Shown: positions 38,964 to 48,708, counted from the first letter of the stretch. The stretch is DNA of 64,000 nt from Terrimicrobiaceae bacterium (GCA_041752695.1 JBGSVZ010000092.1:1-64000); one strand, 5' to 3'. Numbers and translations are program-made. The notes: generated by a model not told the origin, from the letters alone.

Positions 38964-40409
38964 ATGAATTCCTCCTTTCCCGATAATTTCACCTGGGGCG
39001 CTGCGGCCGCCGCCTATCAAATCGAAGGGGCCTGGGATGCTGATGGCAAAGGCCCTTCGGTTTGGGATATGCTGGCGGAACAGCGGGGCCGGGTCTGGGA
39101 TGGACACACCGGCCGCACCGCTTGCGACCACTACCATCTTTACAAAGAGGATGTGGCCCTGATGAAGGCGATCGGTCTTCAGGCTTACCGCCTTTCTGTC
39201 AGTTGGCCCCGGGTGATGCCCTCGGGCGCCGGAGGGACGAGCGAGGCCGGGCTGGATTTTTACGACCGTCTGGTCGACGAACTCCTTGCTGCGGACATCC
39301 AACCCTGGGTGACTCTTTTCCATTGGGACTATCCGTATGATCTATTCTTGCGCGGGGGCTGGCTGAATCCCGAAAGCCCCCATTGGTTCGCGGACTATTC
39401 CGAGGTCGTGGTGGATCGCCTTTCCGACCGGGTCTCGCATTGGATCACGCTGAATGAGCCGCAGTGTTTTGTGGGTATGGGACACCTGACAGGGGAACAC
39501 GCTCCGGGGCTGAAGCTGGGGATGTCGGAGGTGCTTCTTGCCGGCCATCACGCGTTAAAAGCTCATGGGCTGGCTGTCCAAGTGATCCGCGCCCGCGCGC
39601 AAAGTGCGCCGCTTATTGGCTGGGCTCCGGTGGGGTGCATCTCGCAGCCGGCCACCAACTCCGCGGCGGATGCGGCCGCCGCCATGCAGGCGATGGCGGA
39701 TATCTATCCCGACAATCTTTGGAATAACCGCTGGTGGGGGGATCCTCCGGTCTTGGGCCATTATCCGGAGGAAGGCCTGCGCGCTTACGGCAAACATGCT
39801 CCCAAGGTCCGCTCGGGTGATATGGAAACCATTTGCCAGCCGCTCGATTTCTACGGCTGCAATATCTATTCCAGCTCTGTCATACGGGCGGGAGAGAACG
39901 GTCAGCCGGAATCGATCGTGCGACCGGCGGGCCATCCCCAGACGCATTTTCTCTGGCCGGTTTCTCCGGAGTCGCTCTATTGGGGACCCAAGTTCCTCGC
40001 GGAGCGTTACAAACTTCCCGTCGTGATCACGGAAAACGGTCTGTCGCATTGTGATTGGGTGGATCTGGATGGGCGGGTGCGGGACGGTGGTCGCATTGAT
40101 TTTCTCCGGCGTTATCTGCGAGAACTCGACCGGGCTATCGCGGACGGCGTGGATGTTCGGGGGTATTTCCACTGGTCCATCATGGACAACTTTGAGTGGG
40201 CGGAGGGTTACAAACACCGCTTCGGACTCGTGCACGTGGACTACGAAACGCAGAGCCGCACTCTCAAGGATTCCGCGTTCTGGTTCCGGGACGTCATCGC
40301 CTCCAACGGCGCGACATTGTATGGCGCGGCCCACCTTTCCGAATCCTCCGTTCCCGCGTGGCAGGATTCGCCAGAAAACGGAGCGTTGGAAGACGTCTCC
40401 GCCTCCTAA
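38964..40409 (+). CDS. GH1 beta-glucosidase/beta-galactosidase, cytoplasmic, catalytically intact
   Basis: AYQIEGA, TLNEP (acid/base), ITENG (nucleophile), WSIMDNFEWAEGY. Confidence 0.95.
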   Translation: MNSSFPDNFTWGAAAAAYQIEGAWDADGKGPSVWDMLAEQRGRVWDGHTGRTACDHYHLYKEDVALMKAIGLQAYRLSVSWPRVMPSGAGGTSEAGLDFYDRLVDELLAADIQPWVTLFHWDYPYDLFLRGGWLNPESPHWFADYSEVVVDRLSDRVSHWITLNEPQCFVGMGHLTGEHAPGLKLGMSEVLLAGHHALKAHGLAVQVIRARAQSAPLIGWAPVGCISQPATNSAADAAAAMQAMADIYPDNLWNNRWWGDPPVLGHYPEEGLRAYGKHAPKVRSGDMETICQPLDFYGCNIYSSSVIRAGENGQPESIVRPAGHPQTHFLWPVSPESLYWGPKFLAERYKLPVVITENGLSHCDWVDLDGRVRDGGRIDFLRRYLRELDRAIADGVDVRGYFHWSIMDNFEWAEGYKHRFGLVHVDYETQSRTLKDSAFWFRDVIASNGATLYGAAHLSESSVPAWQDSPENGALEDVSAS

Positions 40410-40427
40410 TTGCTTTTGCTGATTCCC

Positions 40428-42932
40428 ATGAAAATTCTGCCCCTACTTGCCCTTTCATCTCTTTGTTTCCTTGAATCTGTTGTCGCGCAGACGCCCGGAG
40501 ACCTTGTTATTCCCGCCGACCTTGATGTCGGCGCGCTCAAGACCGAAAATGGAGCCCACGTTGCCGTCGAAGACGAAGCGGGTGCCAAGGTACTGAAGAT
40601 TTCTTTTCCGGGTGGCGGAGGGTATCCGGGGGTTGATTTCGCCTCGCCGGTTGGCGGATGGGATCTGGCCGCTTTTGGTGGCATCGCGGCCAATGTCACT
40701 AATGCTGGCACGACCAATCTGGGCGTCACTCTCCGCGTGGAAAATGCCGGGGACTGGCGTCAGTCCCCTTGGAACTCGAACGTCGTCTGGCTCAAACCCG
40801 GGGCGGGCGGCACGATTACGGTGAATTTTGGCGAGTCGTTCGGAAAACCGGGTTTCCCCCTGAATGCGGCGGCAGTGTCCAAGTTGAAGATCTTTGCCAC
40901 GGAACCCAAGCAGGAGGGAGCAATTCTTGTTCACGATATCAAAGCCGTGGGTGCTTCTTCCCGGGCGCAAACCACTCCGTCACAGGCTGGGAAAACTGCG
41001 GCCGCCAGTCCAAAAAGCGCCCCTGCCTCTCCGGCGAATGCCGGTGTTTCTCTTATCGATTTTGCCTCTCTCGATGTGGCGTCTCTCAAGACCGAGAACT
41101 CTGCCGAGGTCGCCGTGGTGGAAGACGGTGGCACCAAGGCTCTCCAACTGAATTTTCCTGCCAGTCAGGGGTATCCCGGTGTCGACTTCGAGGAGGGCGG
41201 TCCCTGGGATCTTTCCGCTGCTGCGGGAGTCGAAGTTGCGGTTGAAAACAAAGGGTCTGGCAAAGTCGGGTTTAACGTGCGGGTGGACAATCCCGGGGAC
41301 TGGAAAAAATCCCCTTGGAATACGGAAACCATCTGGCTGGAACCAGGCGCCGTGAAAACCGCCACCGTGACTTTCGGCCAGTCTTTCGGGCGGGCCGGAT
41401 ACCCGCTTGATGCCTCCCGAGTGTCGCGGGTAAAGATTTTTGCCAACCCGTCCGCCACGGCGGGAAGTCTGGTGATTCGCAGTATTCAGCCCTTTGGGAC
41501 AGCGGGAGAGCGGGCCGTGGCGACCGCAGCGGAGGCCGCTCCGGCGAGCGGAGGATTGTTGCCTCCTGCTCCCGATAATCCCAATGCACCCAGCATCGGG
41601 GGAGAACTTTTCCCGCTCGATGGCGAGCCTAATCTTTCGAAACTGCAAACCCAGAATGTCAAGGTCTCGCTCGATTCCTCGTCCGGGGCTCCTGCCATCA
41701 AGGCGGAATTCTCTCCGGATAATTACCCCAATCTTAAATTTCCCTGCGCAGGCCTGGGCTGGAATTTGCAGGCGTTTTCCGGTGTCCAGATCGAACTCAC
41801 TAATACCGGCCCGGTAAAGGTTCGCGCCGCTCTGCGGGTGGACAACCCGGGCGATTGGAAGCTCGAGCCGTGGAATACCGAAATGTCTTATGTTGAGCCA
41901 GGTGAAACCAAGGTCCTTAAACTGGTCTTTGGAAAGGATAGCGGCGCGCCGGGGTTTGATCTCGATCCCACCCAGGTCACCGGAATCCAACTTTTCCTCG
42001 AACGTCCGAAACAACCCACCACGCTTTTGATCCGTGATCTTAAAGCCTTCGGGAGTGGCAGCGAGAGGGTCAGCAACACGGCCCTCACCAAACCTGCGGA
42101 CCGCACGGTTCCGGCGACTCCGCCGGATTGGCTTGGTCAACGCCCTCCCGTGCCAGGAGACTGGGTTCAAACCCTTGATGAAAACTTCGAGGGAGACAGC
42201 CTCAATACCAAACTTTGGACGCCCCGGTTCCCCTGGGACGGACCGCAGCCGGGCCAATTGCAACGTTATGCTCCGGAAAACGTGACCGTCAAAAATGGCA
42301 GGCTGGTGATCAAAGCCGAAAAGTTGGCCGGTCATGAAAATAACGATTCGTCGCTCGGGCGTCGGGAGTACACCTCCGGATTGGTGCAGTCCTTCGACAA
42401 ATGGACCCAACGTTACGGATATTTCGAGGCGCGGGTGAAGTTGCCGACTGCTCGAGGGCTTTGGCCGGCATTCTGGATGATGCCCGACCGCGGCCGGGAC
42501 TCGGGCCTGGACACCTGGAAGCGCCGTGACACCGGCAACGGTGCCATGGAAATCGACATCCTTGAGCACCTGTGCGAATGGGGCCCGGGGCGCAACAACG
42601 TGGCGGTGCATTGGGATGGGTATGGATCTGACCACAAACAATGGGGCTCGACCCACGTTTATTTTGGACCCACGCCGGACGGTTGGCACAACTTTGGTCT
42701 CCTCTGGGAACCCGGAAAACTTACCTGGTTTATTGACGGCAAAAAAGTCATCGAATGGGAAAACGAACGCGTTTCCGATGTGGCGTCTTATCTGAAACTA
42801 AATATCCAGATGGGCGGTTGGGCCGCCAAGGATGTGGACCTTTCCAAACTGCCCGATGTCATGGAGGTGGAATTTGTCCGCGCCTGGCAACTGAAGGATC
42901 GACTGGAAAAAAACGCCGCCGCCAAACCATGA
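40428..42932 (+). CDS. Secreted GH16 glycoside hydrolase with three N-terminal CBM-like repeats
   Basis: Signal peptide; three repeats with YP...W[DN]L...RV[DE]N.GDW...PWN; YTSG, YGYFEAR.KLP..GLWPAFWMM, EIDILE. Confidence 0.9.
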   Translation: MKILPLLALSSLCFLESVVAQTPGDLVIPADLDVGALKTENGAHVAVEDEAGAKVLKISFPGGGGYPGVDFASPVGGWDLAAFGGIAANVTNAGTTNLGVTLRVENAGDWRQSPWNSNVVWLKPGAGGTITVNFGESFGKPGFPLNAAAVSKLKIFATEPKQEGAILVHDIKAVGASSRAQTTPSQAGKTAAASPKSAPASPANAGVSLIDFASLDVASLKTENSAEVAVVEDGGTKALQLNFPASQGYPGVDFEEGGPWDLSAAAGVEVAVENKGSGKVGFNVRVDNPGDWKKSPWNTETIWLEPGAVKTATVTFGQSFGRAGYPLDASRVSRVKIFANPSATAGSLVIRSIQPFGTAGERAVATAAEAAPASGGLLPPAPDNPNAPSIGGELFPLDGEPNLSKLQTQNVKVSLDSSSGAPAIKAEFSPDNYPNLKFPCAGLGWNLQAFSGVQIELTNTGPVKVRAALRVDNPGDWKLEPWNTEMSYVEPGETKVLKLVFGKDSGAPGFDLDPTQVTGIQLFLERPKQPTTLLIRDLKAFGSGSERVSNTALTKPADRTVPATPPDWLGQRPPVPGDWVQTLDENFEGDSLNTKLWTPRFPWDGPQPGQLQRYAPENVTVKNGRLVIKAEKLAGHENNDSSLGRREYTSGLVQSFDKWTQRYGYFEARVKLPTARGLWPAFWMMPDRGRDSGLDTWKRRDTGNGAMEIDILEHLCEWGPGRNNVAVHWDGYGSDHKQWGSTHVYFGPTPDGWHNFGLLWEPGKLTWFIDGKKVIEWENERVSDVASYLKLNIQMGGWAAKDVDLSKLPDVMEVEFVRAWQLKDRLEKNAAAKP

Positions 42933-43747
42933 AAGCCCCTTCGCTCAGCCCCATCAGGACAACTTTGGTAGCCGCCTTCGCAGTTCTAAGCTCAGCCTGG
43001 GCGGAGCCGAACCCCGTGGATTTCACCACGGCGTCGCTGCCTGCCGGGCCACTGGTCTCTCAGCCAGGCTGGAAGCTTAACGTTCAGGCTCCAGCCAACG
43101 CTGACTTTGTCGTCAGACCCGGAGTGGGGCTGGAAATGACCGACAACACCGGCGGGTCCCATGCCGCCTCCTACGGTTTCTATTTTGACCGGGAAGTGCC
43201 GCTCGGCCGGGACACCTTCGATGCGGGAATGGCCCTGACGACCACGGCGAACTTTATCGTCAAACAGGAACCGGGGCCCAAGAAGGGCCGTGTGTTGGGC
43301 CTGGGCTGGGGGTTGTTCCTTCCGGTCGGGCCTAACAATATGCCGTTTTTCGCCGAATTCGCCCGTGACACGGAGGCCGGCGGATATCGTCTCCGTTTTG
43401 CCAAAGCGGAGGAGCAAACCAAAGTGGAAGGTGAGTCGGTGGCAGTCATCCCCGAGGAAGCGCTCGGTCTGGGTCCGGCCGATGCGGAATCCGATCCCTT
43501 GCAGATGTCGCTGACGTTGACCAACCTTGGCGAAAAGTCTGACTGGGAGTCGGTCACCATGCTGACAAACCTTAAGACGAAAAAGACGTTCGTTCTGAAA
43601 AATTCGATCAAGGCTCCGGCGGTTTACAAGACCGATGACTTTTTGCGGGGGATCGTCAACTTACGGCGCGCTGGGGAAGATGGGCTTTCCTCCGTGATGA
43701 TCACTGAGATCGACGCCGAACCGGCCGTGGATCCGACCGCTCAATAA
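42929..43747 (+). CDS. Hypothetical secreted beta-rich protein
   Basis: ATGA overlap with the GH16 stop codon; signal peptide MKAPSL...SSAWA. Confidence 0.75.
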   Translation: MKAPSLSPIRTTLVAAFAVLSSAWAEPNPVDFTTASLPAGPLVSQPGWKLNVQAPANADFVVRPGVGLEMTDNTGGSHAASYGFYFDREVPLGRDTFDAGMALTTTANFIVKQEPGPKKGRVLGLGWGLFLPVGPNNMPFFAEFARDTEAGGYRLRFAKAEEQTKVEGESVAVIPEEALGLGPADAESDPLQMSLTLTNLGEKSDWESVTMLTNLKTKKTFVLKNSIKAPAVYKTDDFLRGIVNLRRAGEDGLSSVMITEIDAEPAVDPTAQ

Positions 43748-43764
43748 CGACCGCTTGAGACTTT

Positions 43765-45681
43765 ATGAAAATTCCTGCGTTAGCAGCGGTGTTTGTCGCC
43801 GTACTTACCTCACCCCTTGCCGCCGCCGAGTCGTCCAAAGACCTCCTGGCACCCAGCTTGGCCGAAACCGCGGCGCGGATGAAACCCAACACCCCCGACC
43901 TGAAGGTGGCCTCCTGTCAGGATCCCGCGGGATTTGATATTACGATTCAACCCGGCACGGAAGGATATCCAGGCATAAATCTGACTCCGGATGGTGATGC
44001 CGTGTGGGACTTATCCTCCTCCGGGCATGTCGAGGCCAGGGTCGTCAATACAGGGACGGCCGCTCTTTCGCTCGCTCTGCGGGTGGATGCCAAAGCGGAT
44101 TGGAAACTCAGTCCTTGGAATACGGAGAACAAAACGATCAAGCCCGGGGAAACCGCGCTTTTGAAAGTGATTTTTGGTTTTTCTTATGGCTTCAAGCCGG
44201 CCTTCAAGGTGAATCCCGCCGAGATTGAAAAGATCCTCCTCTTCTCTGAAAAGCGTCCTTACGCCCAATCCTTCCGGATCGAGACGCTCCAGGCAGCGGG
44301 CCCGGCGGGCGAAAAACCCCCGGTCGATCCCAAATCCGTGCGCGTCATTCCCAAGAAGGGGGTCATCTTTCCCGGGGAATCCGTGGACCCCGCTAAGCAA
44401 CTTGAGGCGAAAAATGGCGCCTCTGTTTCCTTGGACGGGCCGGTGCTGAAAATCGATTTTGTGGAAGGCAAAACCGGGCAATCCGTCGCGATCAAGCCTG
44501 TCCTGGGAAAATGGGATCTCCGCGACGCACTGCAAGTGCGCGTCCGTCTCAAAAACACGGGCACTTCGGCCATCACGCCGAAGGTTGTGGTGAGCAGCAA
44601 CGACGGTCCGGCGGACCCCGTGTCTGCGGCCCTAGCGCCGGGAGAGGAAAAGGAAGTCGGAGTTTCCTTCATCCCCAAGGTCCCCTGGCAGGGCATCAAG
44701 GGACTGGATAAAACCGCCTGGGACGGGCAACCCAACACGGGGACGAAATTCATTAGCGATGCAGCGGGTCCTATTGTCATCAGTCAGGGCCCGGAAACCG
44801 GCCCCCAATCGTTGGCGGTGACTTCCATCATTGCCGACGTTCCTCCCGCTCCGGAAATGCCGGAGTGGCTGGGCAAGAAGCCGCCGGTGGAGGGCGACTG
44901 GGTGCAGACATTCTCCGAGGAATTTGACGACGGCACGCTCGACGAAACGAAATGGCGGATCTACACGGAAAATTACTGGGATAAGCGCAGTCATTTCAGT
45001 AAAGACAATGTGATTCTCAAGGACGGCAAAGCGATCCTGCGGTATGAGAAAAAGACCGGTTTCCATAACGATGACCCGAAGCTTAAGCAGACCGACTATG
45101 CCACCGGGTTTCTTGACACGTATGGCAAATGGGTGCAGCGCTACGGCTATTTTGAGGCCCGCATGAAATTGCCCACTGGCCCCGGTCTCTGGCCCGCCTT
45201 CTGGCTGATGCCGGATCGGGGCGAAGCGGAGGGACCCCAGTGGAAGCGGGCGGATACCGGGCGCGGCGCCATGGAATTTGATATTATGGAATTTCTTTCC
45301 CGGTGGGGTCCCTATCGATTTAACATCGCCTTCCACTGGGACGGCTACGGCAAGGAACACAAACAGACGGGCACGACCAAAATCTATTTTCAGCCCGATA
45401 AGGATGGGTATGTGACTTCCGGATTGCTCTGGTTGCCTGGGCTGGCCGTAATTTACGCCAATGGCCAGGAAGTAGCCCGCCTGGAGACTCCTCGGATGTC
45501 GAATGTGGCATCGGACATCATGTTCACCCATGTCTCGGGTGGTTGGGACAATAATGGGATTGATGACAAGACCCTGCCTGACGATTTTGTCATCGATTAC
45601 GTGCGCGCCTGGCAGCGCAAGGACTTGGCGTCGCCGGTTGATGGACCCGTTGCGCCTGTTGTGAAGCCGGCCAATCCCTGA
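43765..45681 (+). CDS. Secreted GH16 glycoside hydrolase with two CBM-like modules
   Basis: Signal peptide; the same repeat module; YGYFEARMKLP.GPGLWPAFWLM, EFDIME, IDYVRAWQ. Confidence 0.9.
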   Translation: MKIPALAAVFVAVLTSPLAAAESSKDLLAPSLAETAARMKPNTPDLKVASCQDPAGFDITIQPGTEGYPGINLTPDGDAVWDLSSSGHVEARVVNTGTAALSLALRVDAKADWKLSPWNTENKTIKPGETALLKVIFGFSYGFKPAFKVNPAEIEKILLFSEKRPYAQSFRIETLQAAGPAGEKPPVDPKSVRVIPKKGVIFPGESVDPAKQLEAKNGASVSLDGPVLKIDFVEGKTGQSVAIKPVLGKWDLRDALQVRVRLKNTGTSAITPKVVVSSNDGPADPVSAALAPGEEKEVGVSFIPKVPWQGIKGLDKTAWDGQPNTGTKFISDAAGPIVISQGPETGPQSLAVTSIIADVPPAPEMPEWLGKKPPVEGDWVQTFSEEFDDGTLDETKWRIYTENYWDKRSHFSKDNVILKDGKAILRYEKKTGFHNDDPKLKQTDYATGFLDTYGKWVQRYGYFEARMKLPTGPGLWPAFWLMPDRGEAEGPQWKRADTGRGAMEFDIMEFLSRWGPYRFNIAFHWDGYGKEHKQTGTTKIYFQPDKDGYVTSGLLWLPGLAVIYANGQEVARLETPRMSNVASDIMFTHVSGGWDNNGIDDKTLPDDFVIDYVRAWQRKDLASPVDGPVAPVVKPANP

Positions 45682-45684
45682 TTT

Positions 45685-47121
45685 GTGGCTGCTCCAGAAC
45701 ACCTGGCAACAGGGGGTGCGGTCGCTGACGTTCAAGCCGCTCGGTACAAGGTCGGTACGCTCAGCTACACGAAGGCGGGTCTGTTCACCCTCTTCGCGTA
45801 TTTGTTGTGGGGGGACTTTTGTTTCACTCTGATGGAGACAGTGGTCCCAAGTGTGATGCCGCTGAAGTTTAACGCCATTGGCGCACCCAATTGGGCGATG
45901 GGCCTTATTCTGACGACGATTCCGAACCTGATGAACATGGTGATCAATCCGTTCGTCAGCTTCCGGAGCGACCGGTTCCGCAGCCCGTGGGGGCGACGGA
46001 TTCCCTTTCTGGCGGGGGCCACGCCCTTTCTGGTCCTCTTTCTGATTCTGCTCGGCTTCTCCGAACCGATCGGCCGGTGGGTTCAGCGGGTTGTGCTGGG
46101 TGGAACCGGCTCTGAGTTGAACATTCTCCTGATTGTGATCGGGGTTTTCATGGTTTGTTTCCAGTTTTTCAACCTCTTCATTACGTCGGTCTATTATTAC
46201 CTCTTTAATGATGTCGTCCCCCACGCTTTTCTGGCGCGGTTCATGGCGTTGTTTCGCATGGTCGGAACCGCCGCGGGCACCCTCTATAGTTTTTTCGTTT
46301 TCAAATTTGCCGAAACGCACATGCAGGAGATTTTTCTCTTCTCCGGCCTCCTCTATCTAAGTGCCTTCATCCTCATGTGTTGGAAGGTGAAGGAGGGGGA
46401 GTATCCTCCGCCCCCGGAGAACGTTGACAAAAACGAAGGACTCATCTCCAGCATCAAAACCTACGGCGTGGAATGTTTTTCCCACCGCTTTTATTGGTTC
46501 TTTTTCCTGGGGAATGCCGCGTATGCCATGACCTGGGTCTCGGCGGCCTACGGGGTTCTCGGGGCGACAGGGATTGTCGGAATCGATCTTGCCACCTTTG
46601 GCAAGGTGGCCGGTGTCTGTGGCGTCCTAAGCCTCATTCTCCTGTATCCTGCAGGAATCATCGCGGACCGGTATCACCCCTTGAGAGTCCTGCTGGTTTC
46701 GACCATTGCCCAATCGATGCTCGCCCCCTTCTCGATTGCGTTTCTGTTTGGGAGACCGATGCTGTCCGACCAGACCGCTTTTTACATCTATCTGGGAATC
46801 AGTGTGGTGGGACTGACCATCGTCACGCTGCACGGGGCGGCCGAGCTTCCCATGTTTATGCAACTCCTTCCCCAGGAGCGGTATGGGCAGTTTTGTTCCG
46901 CCAACGCCTTGATTCGTTCGGCTGGCTTGATGGTCGGAGGATTGGCCTGCGGAATCTTTTTGGATCTGGCGAAAACCCTGCACCCGGATCCCGTGCAATG
47001 TTACCGATTTGTTCCCGTCTGGAACTTGATCTGGCTTATCGCGTCCTCGATCCTCTATTTTTTCCTGCATCGCGAATGGCAGCGTCTGGGGGGACGGCTT
47101 GCTTATAAGGCGCCGCAGTAG
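45685..47121 (+). CDS. MFS transporter (sugar/glycoside-type)
   Basis: About 12 transmembrane segments; SDRFRSPWGRRIPF, GIIADRYHP. Confidence 0.88.
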   Translation: MAAPEHLATGGAVADVQAARYKVGTLSYTKAGLFTLFAYLLWGDFCFTLMETVVPSVMPLKFNAIGAPNWAMGLILTTIPNLMNMVINPFVSFRSDRFRSPWGRRIPFLAGATPFLVLFLILLGFSEPIGRWVQRVVLGGTGSELNILLIVIGVFMVCFQFFNLFITSVYYYLFNDVVPHAFLARFMALFRMVGTAAGTLYSFFVFKFAETHMQEIFLFSGLLYLSAFILMCWKVKEGEYPPPPENVDKNEGLISSIKTYGVECFSHRFYWFFFLGNAAYAMTWVSAAYGVLGATGIVGIDLATFGKVAGVCGVLSLILLYPAGIIADRYHPLRVLLVSTIAQSMLAPFSIAFLFGRPMLSDQTAFYIYLGISVVGLTIVTLHGAAELPMFMQLLPQERYGQFCSANALIRSAGLMVGGLACGIFLDLAKTLHPDPVQCYRFVPVWNLIWLIASSILYFFLHREWQRLGGRLAYKAPQ

Positions 47122-47124
47122 GCC

Positions 47125-48708
47125 CTATCTCATTGCAGGGGCACGCTGATTCCGGGAGAAGGCGTCTGTCAGCACTTTTTTGCGGGAGGTTGGTTCGAGA
47201 GAAGACGACTCCTCCAGAAAGTCGGCTCTTACCTCCACATTCCAGCCGTGCCACTCGCGAAAGGCGTGATAGGACCAGTCCCAGCCGTATTCTTCAAAAA
47301 TCTCGATGCAATCGCGGAGATACCGTGCCGCGCTGTCGCCCGGAGCCCAACGCGGGGCACTAAATTCGCCGACGTAAATGGGAACGTTATAATCCTTCTG
47401 GTATTCGCGGACCGGCCCCAGGGTTTCCTTGATTTTCGCCTTGTCCCAATAGACGCCGTCGAACGTTCCGGGATACTCTTTTCCGGCCGGCATCCCGCCG
47501 AGAACACCTTGGTGGGTGAATTTCATCGGTTCATACAAATGAACGCTGTACACGATTCCGGGGACGTCGAGAGGTTCGAAAAATTCCAAATTGCCCCAGC
47601 CCCCGTGCGGGCCGGGTTCGATGATGATGGCGCGCTTGGGATCAATGGCGCGGACACGTTGCGCCACGTGCCCGGCGAGGGCCCGCCAGTCAAGTAAGCC
47701 TGCGGCGACTTTGCCTTCGACCGGCTCGTTAATCAGGTCGTAACCCCAGATGCCCGGTTTGTCCTTGTAATGGGTTGCAAGGCGGTCCCAGACCTGGATG
47801 AATTTTTGCTGATAAGCCTCTTTTTCAAATATGGCTAACTGGCCAGACGCTCCGGCGCCGGGCGGCGTGTGAAGATCAATCACGACCCGAATCCCGAGTT
47901 CGCGGCAGAGCGGGAGCCATCGGTCGACTTCGGTTATGGTCTCTTCGAGCCACTTGTCATAAAGGGCGAGGTCCAGCCGCCGTTCCGGAAACGTTCCATC
48001 CCACCAATAGAACTGCCATCGGATGAGATTGCCCTTCCATTGTGCCAGTTCCCGCAGGTCCTCTTCCTTGCCTTTGGGGCCGTACATGACGCCCCGCAAA
48101 CGGGGCGCATCGCTTCTGCGGTCCAGGTCTTCCGGCTCCAGAAGGGTGGGCTGTGCGACGGGGCGGACCCTCGGGGTGGCGGAAATGGAAACGTTCACAT
48201 CGTCGAACCAGGCCTTCCCGCTGGCGTCCTGGAGTCCGAGGATGACTGAGGCCTCGGTGGCATCCGGCGGAATCATCACGGTGAGGCCCAGGTCTTTCCA
48301 GTCGAAGGTTCCGAAAAGTTCCATGACTCCCTGGTAATCCGGCCCTTTGGGAGAAACGGTATAAACCATTAGCTTCACCCCATTCCACGGTTCGGCGGGT
48401 TTGCTCACGTTTTCGGCCTTCACCCGGCCGGAAAGGGTGACGCGGAATCCACGGATCCGGTCAAGCGGAAGGGGGATCGAAACAAGGTGATTTCCAGGCT
48501 GCCCGCATGTCACCGCCAATGCGGCTGAGCGGCCGGCAATTTCCTCGGGCGCCGCCGAACCCGAGCCCTCGTTCCGCCAGGCTTCAGGGATCTCGGGGGT
48601 TTCGAAGTCGGTGTGGAAAATATGGTGGCTGCCTTGATGAGCCTCTGCCCCCAGCGCGGGAAGGGCGGGGGCAAGAAAAAGCAGAGAGGAAAGAAGGCGC
48701 CGTATCAT
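47125..48708 (-). CDS. Secreted GH5 glycoside hydrolase with an N-terminal CBM-like domain
   Basis: Signal peptide; GTFDWK...AWFDDV jelly-roll module; NLIRW, IDLH, YDLINEP, YSVHLYEP, IYVGEF, WSYHAF. Confidence 0.9.
   Translation of the reverse strand: MIRRLLSSLLFLAPALPALGAEAHQGSHHIFHTDFETPEIPEAWRNEGSGSAAPEEIAGRSAALAVTCGQPGNHLVSIPLPLDRIRGFRVTLSGRVKAENVSKPAEPWNGVKLMVYTVSPKGPDYQGVMELFGTFDWKDLGLTVMIPPDATEASVILGLQDASGKAWFDDVNVSISATPRVRPVAQPTLLEPEDLDRRSDAPRLRGVMYGPKGKEEDLRELAQWKGNLIRWQFYWWDGTFPERRLDLALYDKWLEETITEVDRWLPLCRELGIRVVIDLHTPPGAGASGQLAIFEKEAYQQKFIQVWDRLATHYKDKPGIWGYDLINEPVEGKVAAGLLDWRALAGHVAQRVRAIDPKRAIIIEPGPHGGWGNLEFFEPLDVPGIVYSVHLYEPMKFTHQGVLGGMPAGKEYPGTFDGVYWDKAKIKETLGPVREYQKDYNVPIYVGEFSAPRWAPGDSAARYLRDCIEIFEEYGWDWSYHAFREWHGWNVEVRADFLEESSSLEPTSRKKVLTDAFSRNQRAPAMR

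Noticed and set aside
40980..46320. Long minus-strand ORFs (569 and 562 aa) opposite the GH16 and MFS genes
   Set aside because: Antisense shadows with no recognisable motifs.
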